A DNA stretch of 64,000 nucleotides from Candidatus Sulfomarinibacteraceae bacterium (GTDB lineage: Bacteria; Acidobacteriota; Thermoanaerobaculia; Thermoanaerobaculales; Sulfomarinibacteraceae): positions 352,001-416,000 of the forward strand of contig CAWCLO010000010.1 of NCBI GenBank assembly GCA_963796455.1, in the 5' to 3' direction. Shown piece by piece: positions 38,481 through 48,174 of the stretch (the first letter of the stretch is position 1; the number at the start of each line of letters is the position of its first letter). Both the position numbers and the translations under genes were made by a program. The notes beneath the pieces are model-generated. The model was not told the origin of the DNA and did no database searches. It saw only the letters and a list, made by a program, of their open reading frames with translations.

Positions 38481-40220
38481 CTACTGTGGAGTGCCCAATC
38501 GTCCGTTGCGAACCCGCAAGGAACCTGCGAGCCCGAGGACGACGACGATCACGATTGAAAACACCGTGACCCATCGCGCCCACACCAGAGCGGAAAACGG
38601 ACGCCATTGCCAATGTGCCCGGTGCCTGCCGGCCGGTTGGAAACTGGTCAACAATCCGGTCGTAGGATCGGTCGAGACCGCGACCGGTAGGCCGTCTACC
38701 GTCACAGTCATGCCGGGAAAGGCCACGGCCCGCCACACAAGAGTGCCCCCCGAAGGCGAGTCGATTTCAAGTTCTCGATCGACCTGGCCCCAAGTGAGTA
38801 CGCGAAGCTCTGCGCCCGGATCTTCGCGGACGACCGCCGATCGCTGTCTGATGACGTCGAATTCGGCCGGCTCCGCACCCGAGAGCTCGGCCAAAAGCGA
38901 CGGGCTCTGATCCTTCGGAAGCAACCAGGGTTCGGCAAGCTTTTCGTGCCGCCAGTACCAACCGCCGCTGCCGGCCTGCCACGCCGCAAAAGGGTCGGGA
39001 AAAACTGTTCCCGCCGCAGTTTGCGCCGGACGGGGAGGAATGAAGGCCGATGCCGGAACAGTGCGACCCCAACTCGAAAATGGTGCGGCAACAAGCACCG
39101 TCAAGGCCACCAGCACCCATGCCCGGCGGGCCTCGAGACGAGCCACGAGCACGGCAAGCAACAGCGTGATCACCGCGGAGACGCGCCACGGGAACTGCAG
39201 TTTGGAGAGCACGGGGAGCACATCCCAGATCGGACCCATCGGACTGGAGGTGACAACGACCCCGACCACCGCTCCGAGAGCCGCCAACGAGGCACCTCGA
39301 TCCCGGCGACCGCTCCTCCCCAGGGCGCCGTATGCTACGACCGCGAGCAAACCGGTCAGAACGAGCGCCAGCGAAAACACGGTGTTCAGATTCCACACCC
39401 CGAAGCCACCGGAAAAAAGAGTATTGGCAGATGCCCGGAAGTTGCCGGCCGCAGCGCCGTAGTAGCGGTCGGTATTGAGATAGGTCGAGGAGAGCGCCTG
39501 CGGTAGCAGCGCGAAGGCCGCAACCGCAAAGCCGAGCCCGACGCCCGAGAGAATTGCCGGCCGCCTCCCGACGAGTTTTCTGGAAGAGAGAAACCAGAAA
39601 CCGAGCGCGATGCCAAAAAGCGCCGCCATCGGGATATTGGTCAGCACGAGCGCCGCGACGAGAATCGCGGTCAAGGCTACCTGGAGCTTCCGGTCGAGTC
39701 GGTGCGAAGACGCCACCCACAAAATCAAAGGAGGCCAGACAAAGGCCCAGTGCTCGGACAGAGCCGATCGAAGATAAAGATCGACGAATCGGTAGGGCGC
39801 CACCATATAGACCACGGACGCGGGAAGAGCCGATTTTTCGAACCCGGCGGAACGCAGCCATCCATGCATCGCAACACCCGACAAGAGATGCGCGAACAAG
39901 GCCAACACCCACACACCGATGACGACCGGAACACCGAGGAGAATCGGAACGGCATCGAGATAGCTCGTCAGCGGTGGGTAGAAGATCAGCGCCGGCGAGC
40001 CATATCCGGCGTTGAACCCACCGCCCCAGGCCGGGAAGAACAGGCCTTCCGCGAAGTTTGCCGCGGTCTGCTGGGCGTTGATCAAATAGGTCACAATGTC
40101 CTGACCGGCCAGCACACGACCGCTAAGCAGTGGCAGACCGACCAGCAATGCAGCCAGGACAAGCACCGCAAGTTGCGTTTTGCGCTCCGGCGCCACCGAT
40201 CCCGACTTCATCCACTTCAC
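38481..40220 (-). CDS. YfhO / PTPS-related GT-C-like polytopic membrane protein
   Basis: 'GYGSPALIFYPPL', 'YMVAPYR', 'LQFPWR', C-terminal 'FPGMTVTVDG'. Confidence 0.75.
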   Translation of the reverse strand: MKWMKSGSVAPERKTQLAVLVLAALLVGLPLLSGRVLAGQDIVTYLINAQQTAANFAEGLFFPAWGGGFNAGYGSPALIFYPPLTSYLDAVPILLGVPVVIGVWVLALFAHLLSGVAMHGWLRSAGFEKSALPASVVYMVAPYRFVDLYLRSALSEHWAFVWPPLILWVASSHRLDRKLQVALTAILVAALVLTNIPMAALFGIALGFWFLSSRKLVGRRPAILSGVGLGFAVAAFALLPQALSSTYLNTDRYYGAAAGNFRASANTLFSGGFGVWNLNTVFSLALVLTGLLAVVAYGALGRSGRRDRGASLAALGAVVGVVVTSSPMGPIWDVLPVLSKLQFPWRVSAVITLLLAVLVARLEARRAWVLVALTVLVAAPFSSWGRTVPASAFIPPRPAQTAAGTVFPDPFAAWQAGSGGWYWRHEKLAEPWLLPKDQSPSLLAELSGAEPAEFDVIRQRSAVVREDPGAELRVLTWGQVDRELEIDSPSGGTLVWRAVAFPGMTVTVDGLPVAVSTDPTTGLLTSFQPAGRHRAHWQWRPFSALVWARWVTVFSIVIVVVLGLAGSLRVRNGRLGTPQ

Positions 40221-42215
40221 TCAGTGCCCCTTCTCAACGGAGACACGAGTTTCCTGCCGCCAACTCAGCGAGATCAACAAAACCAAGCAAACAACCGCAG
40301 CACAACTGATACCGGATGCTGTCGTCATCCCGGGCGGGCGGTAACGCCCCTCGAGACGATGCCGTCCGGCTGGAACCGCGACGAACTGGACGATACCCGG
40401 TCCCTGTTCGAGCACCACCGTGCGACCATCCAGGAACCACTCCCATCCCCTGATCGGAGCCAGCGACACCCACAGCCATCCCTCCTCGACCATCAACACA
40501 TCCGCGTGACATCTGTTGCCCTGCAACATGAGATCGCTGACCGATCCCGCCGCACGAGGTCTTTGGTCGGGGCCCGGTGGTCGAGCGGCTGCAAATACTT
40601 CGGACCGGGCCTCGAGATTTCGCAGCAGCCGCATGCCGCCCTTGCGTTGAATTTCTTCCATCCCCGAGGGGAGGCCGTCACCGGCGGGAAGCACTACCCA
40701 GCGGGCACTCAGCTGATCGAGCCACCACCTGCTCTCAGGCCCTCGATCTGTGATCGCGAGATGGGTTGCGAGACGGTGATGAATGACCGGCGAATCACTT
40801 CGGGTCATCACCAGACCTTGGTCGAGGTTGAGATAACCGACGGGCCACAGGCGCCTCGCTTCGATCCCCGATGCGAGCCACTGCATATCGCTCTCTGAAG
40901 GAGTCGGCGAATAGAGCCGCCCGCCATCCATGGCTTCCGGCCAGACGGGTTCCCGAACGGCGATTTCCGAGGTCGATTGAAAACCCAACAGGGGCCATCC
41001 GGCGACCAGAGTCGCGGCCACCCCGAGAGCCAGGGCAGCCGGACGCAGAAGTTGCCGCGACGGAGCGGCCGCGGAAGCGATCAATACCAGAGCGGGAATG
41101 CCGGCCACCAGCCATCGCCGCGGATCGTCGCCGACACTACATGCACCCAGAGCCAAAAGGCCGAGGGACAGGGCCAGCCCATTGCCTCGACCCCGTAACC
41201 AGTCTTTTCCGCCGATGCCGATCAGCGGCAGCAAGACGACGACGGCGACCAGGGCAAACCGGGAGGGGTACCGAACCAGGCCCTGGGTCAACGCGAGATA
41301 CAGGCTGCCTGCTCCCACTCCAGGCAGGGTCGCGAGAACCGCGAGTATCGCAGAGACAGCCAGAACCCATTTCCTCCGCCACCCCCCGAGGAGGGCGCAA
41401 CAGAGCAGTGGAGCACCGATGAACAGGCTCTCGACATAGACCATCCCTCCGCCGAAGGCCGGCCAACCCGGAGCCAGGAGGCCCAACCAATCCATCGGTG
41501 CGACCGCGCCTCGCAGAGCCAGGTCCGCCACCTCCGGACCACGGTCTCCCTCGATCACCCAGAAAACGAAAGGAATCATCTGCACCGCGACGAGCGCAAC
41601 GCCAAGAGCCAGTCCGAGGAACGCCTTGGTTCTATCGATCGAAAACAAAACGACCAGAACCACCCCGATAGCCCACAGCTGCGGCTCACCCCCGAGCCAG
41701 GCCAGGGCCGTCGCCACGGCAAGCATCGGCGCCGCCAGCCGACTCCGAAGATTGCCGGCCCACAGCATCCACGGGAGCCACGTCAGGGTTTCGAGATTAT
41801 TGAGGACCCCGACCGTCATCAACACCGGACCGATGGACCACGCCGAGACCTCCGCCAGAATCTGTGTCTTCCGATCGCAACCCAACTGACGGGCCACGAG
41901 ACCGACCGCAAGCGAGAAGAAGGCGAGGTGCAATGCAACTTCGAAGGCCAGTCCCCAGGCGGTCGGCAGCAACAGGTGGACCCACGCTGGGGGATACAAG
42001 ACAGCGGTCTCGGGGTTGGCAAACCAGGCCTCGCCGCAACCGTTTGCCAGATTGAGCCACGGTGCCAACCCGGCCCCGAGCACCGCGGCGGTTGCGCCCC
42101 GCATCGGAGCAAAAAAGTCGACCAGATCCCGGTGAGCCGGCACCCACCCCGCCACCGGTGCGAGACCGATGAGCAGAGGAGCCCACCACAGCCCAAAGCG
42201 CTCGAGACTTCTCAA
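40221..42215 (-). CDS. YfhO-like GT-C polytopic membrane protein
   Basis: 'PWLN..NGCGE..FANPETAVLYPP', 'RYPSRF', C-terminal 'GWEWFLDG...VPAGRHRLEGRYRP'. Confidence 0.72.
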   Translation of the reverse strand: MRSLERFGLWWAPLLIGLAPVAGWVPAHRDLVDFFAPMRGATAAVLGAGLAPWLNLANGCGEAWFANPETAVLYPPAWVHLLLPTAWGLAFEVALHLAFFSLAVGLVARQLGCDRKTQILAEVSAWSIGPVLMTVGVLNNLETLTWLPWMLWAGNLRSRLAAPMLAVATALAWLGGEPQLWAIGVVLVVLFSIDRTKAFLGLALGVALVAVQMIPFVFWVIEGDRGPEVADLALRGAVAPMDWLGLLAPGWPAFGGGMVYVESLFIGAPLLCCALLGGWRRKWVLAVSAILAVLATLPGVGAGSLYLALTQGLVRYPSRFALVAVVVLLPLIGIGGKDWLRGRGNGLALSLGLLALGACSVGDDPRRWLVAGIPALVLIASAAAPSRQLLRPAALALGVAATLVAGWPLLGFQSTSEIAVREPVWPEAMDGGRLYSPTPSESDMQWLASGIEARRLWPVGYLNLDQGLVMTRSDSPVIHHRLATHLAITDRGPESRWWLDQLSARWVVLPAGDGLPSGMEEIQRKGGMRLLRNLEARSEVFAAARPPGPDQRPRAAGSVSDLMLQGNRCHADVLMVEEGWLWVSLAPIRGWEWFLDGRTVVLEQGPGIVQFVAVPAGRHRLEGRYRPPGMTTASGISCAAVVCLVLLISLSWRQETRVSVEKGH

Positions 42216-44017
42216 CGAAGCGCCTCAGCAAGTTCTTGAAACTGCCACGCCGGGGCGCCGACAAGTTCCCGTTCATATCGATTCAGACCCTGGCGGCCAC
42301 TGAGAGCCGAGGATTCATTCGCTCGTTCCAGCGCGCGCCGCGAATTCGTGACATCACCCCGATCGAGTTCGATTCGGGCTAATAGGAGCCACGCCCTGAC
42401 CGTATTGGGCTCTGCTTCGGTGGCCCGGAGGGCAAGGACCAACGCTCGTTCGATCTCGCCCAGACCCCTTTCGAAACGGGCCCATTCCAACCAGTGCCAC
42501 GGTTGGTGTGGTTCGAGTTCTGTGGCTCTCGCGAATGCCGTGCGCGCTCCTTCCACACTGTCGGGCCATGGTCCGAAATCGACCACGATCCTCGAATGAA
42601 CCATGGCCAGGCCACCCCAGGACGAGGCCGATCCCGGCTCCACCGTCACCGAACGTTCAGCGTGAGCAAGCGCTTCCGCGGCCTCGTTCCAGGTCCATTT
42701 TGTCGCGGCCAGAAGCCGGCGCACACGCCATTCCGATGGCGCCGGGAACCAGGGTTCAGCTCGAATCGCCTGCTCGACCCGGGCGGGATCATGCTCGGAG
42801 GTCGCCCATTTCCACCGCGCCCAGGAAGGCTGGACCAGCCCAAAGAGGACGACGAAGGCGGTGACCAGCCCAGCTACCAGATAGGATCGTCGCCCAGGAC
42901 CGGTCTGAACCCTGGTCCCCTCGCCGCCACCTGCAGCCACCTCACACAAGCCAAAAGCGACTGCCCACCACCACAGGACGACACCAACCGTGATCAGATC
43001 ATGAAACGCGAACATCATCCCCGCGGCCGCCAGCAGACCGCGAAGCGGAGCAAACGAGAACAGACCAGATTTCCTCATCCTGCCAAAACACAGAAAAGCC
43101 AGGACCAGGACCAGCAGAAATCCGACAATGCCGGTCTGCACGAGGACCGCGAGCGGCGTCGACTCGGCATAATTGATCAAAAACTGTCGCTGGCCGATGT
43201 GCTCGGGATGCAGGATGCGAACCGGGCCCGCGGCATCCACCAAACCGCCCGCGCCGACCCCGGCGATGGGATGCTGCATCCACAAATCCAGGACCGCCCA
43301 CCAGATTGCCGGTCGAAACCACGCCAGGAGATCCGGTTGACTGAAGAGCCTGATCGCGAGCACCCCAAGTGCGCCCGCCCCACCCACCAGCAAAACTATC
43401 AACCGCTGTCGTCCTCGCGGCCACATGACGGCAAGAGCCGCCAGCACGGCCAGCAGCCCGGCCCGCGACCCGGTGAGCACGACGCCGAGCACCACGAACC
43501 CAGCCACAACCAGTCGTATTTCGCGGCGCGAGATCACTCCCGGAACGAAGACCATCGGCAGGCTCACCACCAGCAGCGACGCGGCCACATTTGGATTCTC
43601 CAGAAAGCCACCGACCCGGAGCTGACCTAAACCATAAGCCTCGGCCACAATTCCAAGGGCCACCACTACCGCACCGGCAACCAGCAGGCCGATCACTATT
43701 CGAAGGAATTCAATATTCGTCCGCCGGGCGCCGAGCCATACGATCCACACGACGACCCATGTCGTCACGACTTCTCGAGCGGCCAGAGGATTGTTGCCGA
43801 TCATCATCGCGGCCACCGCCGCCCAGACCAGAAACGCGAGACCGAAACCTTCTTCAGGGATCAGTCGCCCTTGAAAGGTCGCGGCAATAGCGAAGCCCGC
43901 AACGGCCAAAACGAGGCCTACGATGATCCTCGGACCCGGGTAGAACGCGCCACCGAGAATTGCGGCGGCCACGACCGCAAAGACCGCCGTCAGCACGGCG
44001 GAGTCAGCGATCTTCAT
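42212..44017 (-). CDS. O-antigen ligase / oligosaccharyltransferase-like protein with C-terminal TPRs
   Basis: 'GGFLENPNV', 'LTGSRAG', 'HPIAGVGAGG', TPR-like tail. Confidence 0.78.
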   Translation of the reverse strand: MKIADSAVLTAVFAVVAAAILGGAFYPGPRIIVGLVLAVAGFAIAATFQGRLIPEEGFGLAFLVWAAVAAMMIGNNPLAAREVVTTWVVVWIVWLGARRTNIEFLRIVIGLLVAGAVVVALGIVAEAYGLGQLRVGGFLENPNVAASLLVVSLPMVFVPGVISRREIRLVVAGFVVLGVVLTGSRAGLLAVLAALAVMWPRGRQRLIVLLVGGAGALGVLAIRLFSQPDLLAWFRPAIWWAVLDLWMQHPIAGVGAGGLVDAAGPVRILHPEHIGQRQFLINYAESTPLAVLVQTGIVGFLLVLVLAFLCFGRMRKSGLFSFAPLRGLLAAAGMMFAFHDLITVGVVLWWWAVAFGLCEVAAGGGEGTRVQTGPGRRSYLVAGLVTAFVVLFGLVQPSWARWKWATSEHDPARVEQAIRAEPWFPAPSEWRVRRLLAATKWTWNEAAEALAHAERSVTVEPGSASSWGGLAMVHSRIVVDFGPWPDSVEGARTAFARATELEPHQPWHWLEWARFERGLGEIERALVLALRATEAEPNTVRAWLLLARIELDRGDVTNSRRALERANESSALSGRQGLNRYERELVGAPAWQFQELAEALR

Positions 44018-45671
44018 CGACGCCCCCCCCATCGAGTCGCAGTACGAGATCAACGTAAAAGGCCTGTGCCTCTTCATTCGACGGCCGCGCATGGCGCGAA
44101 ACCCACGCCTCGGAAACCGCGGTCGGCGCCATGCCCGACGCCAGCGCCAATCGCGCCCAGAGCCCGGCAAGCGCAGACGATCGAGGGCGCAGGAAACGCC
44201 CGTTCTCGAGCTCGGATGCCGCAATTCGGAGCACATCAGGATCACCCGATTCGATGGCGCTCCCCGCAATCAAGGCTAGAGGATCGACCCTCCACGGCGC
44301 GAGCCGACGTGCTTCGAGACCGCCCTCGAATCGCTCCAGCGTCGTGTCCGCCACGGCCGCAGATTCTGCCACCTTGATGGAGGTTGCATGGAGCATCGTC
44401 CCGGCAACAGCCAGGGTCGCAGCGACCACCGCCACGATCCGTCCCGGAACCGCCGCGGCAGCGGTGGAGTCGCGGCGCCGGGAGGCCATCGCCCAACCCA
44501 CCAGAATCGCCCAAGGCAAGGCCACTCCGGTCGTATAGAGCGAAAAATCGACCAGATTGTGAATCGGTATCACCATCACCGCAACCGACAGCTCCGGGTG
44601 TTCGCTCCAGAGATCTCGGGCCAACCGAAGGAGAAAAATCAGGACAAATCCTGCCGCCAGCAACCCGAGAGTGCCGAGCTCCGAGAACCACTCGAAAGGC
44701 AGAGAATGGGCGTGTCGCGGCCGATTTCCGACCGAAAACGGAACCGCCTGGGCCGCCTGGGCGAATCCACCGACCCCCACTCCCGCAATCGGTGCCGTCG
44801 ACCACACCCAGGTTGCGGTCCGCCAATTGTCGAGTCTGAGCCGGAAGGGCTCCAACTCCATCACATCACTGCGGCCGACGACGGCGGAGACCAGAAGCAC
44901 AAGCAAGAGCGGGACGGCCCACCACAACTTCCTTCGTCCGCGCGATGCCGCAAGCAAAAGACACGCAGCAAGGGCCAGTGCGATTCCGATTGGCGAGCGA
45001 CTCAATATGAGGCCGACAACACAGAGCAGAGATCCCAGAACCCATGGCCACGACCGGAGCCGGAGATGAATCCGCGCGAGGAGCAGTGGCAGCGCCGTCG
45101 CCAAGAGGACCGCAAGGTGGGAGGGGAGCGTGAGCGATGCAAAGGCCCGCCCACTGGCCAGTCGTTCGGCCGCCGCCGCACGGATATGATCAGGAAGCTG
45201 GGCGAGAATCGCCGCGGCACGCTCCGGTCCGGCGAGAACCTGCTGCAGTCCCCACAGGGCGAGAGCGGAAATTACCAGCGCAAGCACCGCCGGCCAGCAG
45301 TCCGGAGGTCTTCTCCTGGAAGCCAACCATATGAGGGCGAGAACAGCCGCCAGGAGAGCCAGTTCGCCGACGGCCGATGCGGGGTCCCATCCCGAGAACC
45401 CCGAAGCGCAGAGGACCAAAAAGAGAGACCCGAGCGCCAGCCACCTTTCGAGAGGGACTTTCCTCGTGCGCCGCCAGCCCCAGATCGTCAGTGAAAAAAC
45501 GAGGACCGCAACAAGAACGGCGGAGAATGGAAAGGACTCCACCGGCCGCCAGGCAATCCAACCGGCAAGGCCGAGAAGAACGAAGGCGGCTGCTGACGGG
45601 CGGCCCCGAGAGGATTCCGGCCGATCTTCGAGATTGTGAGTCGCGCCGTTTGCGTTCTCCGGCACCATCAT
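44004..45671 (-). CDS. O-antigen ligase / oligosaccharyltransferase-like protein
   Basis: 'RLDNWR', 'PIAGVGVGGF', 'HAHS...ELGTLG', 'HNLVDFSL'. Confidence 0.8.
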   Translation of the reverse strand: MMVPENANGATHNLEDRPESSRGRPSAAAFVLLGLAGWIAWRPVESFPFSAVLVAVLVFSLTIWGWRRTRKVPLERWLALGSLFLVLCASGFSGWDPASAVGELALLAAVLALIWLASRRRPPDCWPAVLALVISALALWGLQQVLAGPERAAAILAQLPDHIRAAAAERLASGRAFASLTLPSHLAVLLATALPLLLARIHLRLRSWPWVLGSLLCVVGLILSRSPIGIALALAACLLLAASRGRRKLWWAVPLLLVLLVSAVVGRSDVMELEPFRLRLDNWRTATWVWSTAPIAGVGVGGFAQAAQAVPFSVGNRPRHAHSLPFEWFSELGTLGLLAAGFVLIFLLRLARDLWSEHPELSVAVMVIPIHNLVDFSLYTTGVALPWAILVGWAMASRRRDSTAAAAVPGRIVAVVAATLAVAGTMLHATSIKVAESAAVADTTLERFEGGLEARRLAPWRVDPLALIAGSAIESGDPDVLRIAASELENGRFLRPRSSALAGLWARLALASGMAPTAVSEAWVSRHARPSNEEAQAFYVDLVLRLDGGGVDEDR

Positions 45672-45765
45672 CTCATCGGTCCTGCGGGGATTCGAGAGCT
45701 CTTTGTCACCACCTCATCTTACCGTGAGGTTGCAGCCGCCGCGCCGAGCGGGCCCGGTTTCCCAT

Positions 45766-46184
45766 GTTTGAAACAAAACCGCTCTTTTCCCGGAGTGAGT
45801 CTCGGAAAACGCACCTGGACAGCGACCGCGGTCGGGGTCAGCGAACAGTAGTCAGCGTCAGGGTTCAGTCATCAGCGGCTGTCTTCAGCGACGGCCTCTC
45901 CAGTACAGATGGCACAAAACGCTCAATTCAGGAAATTGGGTTCAGCAATCGCCAGGTCAATGGCACGGACCTGATCTCTGCCGCTGATTGCTGAATACTG
46001 ATCGCAGTTCCCCGTCCCTGATCCCTGTCGCTGCCGCTGGCGCTGGCGCTGGCGCTGGCGCTGCAATTCGGGCACGGACACGGACGTGGGGCAACCGCGA
46101 ACGGGATATGCCATGAACCAACCCGTTCACTACGTGCTGTCAACCGGGCAACTTGACATGATGATTTGTTTTGGACAAATGTGA
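45766..46184. mobile_element. Degenerate copy B of the four-helix-bundle element (inner part inverted and internally deleted)
   Basis: Outer arms match 983-1007 and 1703-1798 on +. Inner 45969-46003 matches 1097-1131 on - (32/35), 45938-45976 matches gene tail 1587-1624 on - (34/39), 45837-45848 matches 1638-1649 on - (12/12). Confidence 0.7.
45928..45976 (-). pseudogene. 3' remnant of a four-helix-bundle gene (DQVRA-M-TWRLLNPIS*)
   Basis: Matches the end of 1281..1634 (DQVRAMTWRLLNPKT) with four synonymous substitutions and one extra base. Confidence 0.8.
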
Positions 46185-46247
46185 AGCACACCGCTGAATA
46201 CAAACCAGCGTCGATCAATCGGCAAACACCTCAAACACCTTTGGGAC

Positions 46248-46276
46248 AAAAAAGAAGGGGGCACCGAAGTGCCCCC
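46248..46276 (-). terminator. Rho-independent terminator of the pilin gene
   Basis: GGGGGCAC-TTCG-GTGCCCCC followed by TTCTTTTTT on the - strand. Confidence 0.92.
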
Positions 46277-46298
46277 AACTGAACAGTAGTAGATCCGA

Positions 46299-46766
46299 TC
46301 AGTCGGTTTGGATACCTTCCGGATAGGACACAAAGCTGCCATTCGAGTACACAATGTCGCAATCCATGACGGAGGTGACACGACCGTTGAAGGTCGAGCT
46401 GTCGAGGGCCGCCTCAGTTGCCTTGTCGCGGGTTGCCGACAAGATCGTGTAGAAACGGGATTCGGACTTGGCGTAGAACGTCGTCCGCCAGCCATCCTGC
46501 CTCGGCACTGTCTTCACATAGGTCGGCTCCAGATGCTTCTGGAAGGCCGCACCAATCGCTGCCTCGGTCTGGGTCGGGTAGAAAGCCATATCCACGGCGT
46601 AGGCTTCCACTGAGGTACCAATGGTCCTCATGTCGGCCATCGACCTCTTCTGGCGACCACGGTTAATGGCGTTCAGCAGGTTGGGGATGGCGATTGCGGC
46701 AATAATGCCGATGATCGCCACCACGATCAGCAGCTCGATCAAAGTAAAACCACGATTCTTTCTCAT
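46299..46766 (-). CDS. Type IV pilin / GspG-like prepilin
   Basis: Class III signal 'MRKNRG|FTLIELLIVVAIIGIIAAIAIP'; SD GGAGG; own terminator. Confidence 0.93.
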   Translation of the reverse strand: MRKNRGFTLIELLIVVAIIGIIAAIAIPNLLNAINRGRQKRSMADMRTIGTSVEAYAVDMAFYPTQTEAAIGAAFQKHLEPTYVKTVPRQDGWRTTFYAKSESRFYTILSATRDKATEAALDSSTFNGRVTSVMDCDIVYSNGSFVSYPEGIQTD

Positions 46767-46800
46767 TTCTGTTGCCTCCTTTCACGGCAATCCTCGGTAC

Positions 46801-46816
46801 TGCAAGCGCCATGCCA
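46801..46816 (-). promoter_or_regulatory. Sigma54 (-24/-12) promoter of the pilin gene
   Basis: TGGCATGGCGCTTGCA = GG-N10-GC, ~35 nt upstream of the ATG. Confidence 0.82.
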
Positions 46817-46941
46817 GGTTTCTGCCGGGCTTCGGAGTACAAAAAGTGACGCTGAACGTCAATCCAAGGATGGGAGGTCGCGCGCGGCGTCACTATTCAC
46901 GGAATTCAATGGTTTTCTGCGGATCTGCCGGCCTCGAACGG

Positions 46942-48174
46942 TCATTCATCCCACTGCGGACCGGATGACTCCCACGACAGGGGCGGTACCCAGACCCCCG
47001 GCCAGTCCTCCGCCGAGGTCACCCGCACCCGCACCGCCTCACACCAGTAGTCGTATGCAAGCCCATCCGCCGCATGAACCGCCACGTCCACCAGATAGTC
47101 TCCCGCTGCCAGCTGCAGCGAATCGTAAACACACGAGACCTCACCGTCTTTGGCCAGGCGTTTCGGCTTCAGGCCACCGAGTTCGGTGTTGTGTCCGCAA
47201 ACAAGGGTCCCATCAGCGCGATGCCACGCAATACCGAAGACAAAATCCTCCACCGGCTGATGCACCTTGTAGCGGATCACCAGGCGGCATCCGCTGCCAC
47301 TCGGTATCAGTCGTTGAGGATTCTCACCGACCACCGCCTCAGCGGCGAGGATCTCGACGTCACCGTTGCCCCATCTGCGCGATTTTGCTTCTCTGGATTC
47401 CGTCGTCTCGGTCGTGGGCTGACTTCCGTCCGGCCCTGCCGCATCGCTGCGGTACCTGGCAACAACGGCGTCACTCGGCCCCTGTGCCGCCACCCGACCG
47501 CGATCCAGATAAAGAGCCCGGTCCGCGAAGCCGGTCACCAGATCGAGATCGTGGGACACCAACACCATCGTCACTTTCTTCTGCCGCATCCGTGCCAGGC
47601 GGTCGAGACACCGGCGGGTAAATGCCTCGTCCCCCACAGCGAGGACCTCGTCGATCAGCAACACATCCGGCTCGGCTGCCACGGCCACCGCAAAACCAAG
47701 CCGAACATACATACCCGAAGAATAGATCTTGACGGGTTGGTCGATAAACGAACCGATATCGGCGAAATCAACGATTTCGTCCATCCGGTCCTCGACCTCG
47801 CGCCGCGAAAGACCGAGCAGCATGCCGTTGATGAGGACATTTTCACGACCGGAGATCTCTGGATGAAACCCGGCCCCGAGTTCGATCAGGGCCGTCACCC
47901 TGCCACCCACCGAGACCGTACCGGAGGTGGGCTTCAAGATCCCACCCGCAAGTTTGAGGAAAGTCGACTTGCCGGACCCGTTCGGTCCGATCAAGGCAAC
48001 CGCTTCACCCGGTGAAACCTCAAGATCGACACCATCGAGAGCCACGTGTTCCTGGTCGCCCCTGGCCTTGAAACTGCGGTGGAAGAGCGCCCCCTTGAGC
48101 GTTTCGTGCCGACCCCTCGGCCCCCGCCACCGGTAGACCTTGCGAACCCCCCGAAAAGAGATCTCGCCCCTCAC
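46942..48174 (-). CDS. wzt: Second polysaccharide ABC exporter ATPase with C-terminal domain
   Basis: 'GPNGSGKST', 'YSSGMYVRLGF', 'IDEVLAVGD'; GTG overlaps the wzm stop. Confidence 0.92.
   Translation of the reverse strand: MRGEISFRGVRKVYRWRGPRGRHETLKGALFHRSFKARGDQEHVALDGVDLEVSPGEAVALIGPNGSGKSTFLKLAGGILKPTSGTVSVGGRVTALIELGAGFHPEISGRENVLINGMLLGLSRREVEDRMDEIVDFADIGSFIDQPVKIYSSGMYVRLGFAVAVAAEPDVLLIDEVLAVGDEAFTRRCLDRLARMRQKKVTMVLVSHDLDLVTGFADRALYLDRGRVAAQGPSDAVVARYRSDAAGPDGSQPTTETTESREAKSRRWGNGDVEILAAEAVVGENPQRLIPSGSGCRLVIRYKVHQPVEDFVFGIAWHRADGTLVCGHNTELGGLKPKRLAKDGEVSCVYDSLQLAAGDYLVDVAVHAADGLAYDYWCEAVRVRVTSAEDWPGVWVPPLSWESSGPQWDE

Noticed and set aside
46299..46766. Electrically conductive (Geobacter-type) pilin
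   Set aside because: Mature positions 24 and 27 are Leu and Ala rather than aromatic, and the globular part looks GspG-like.
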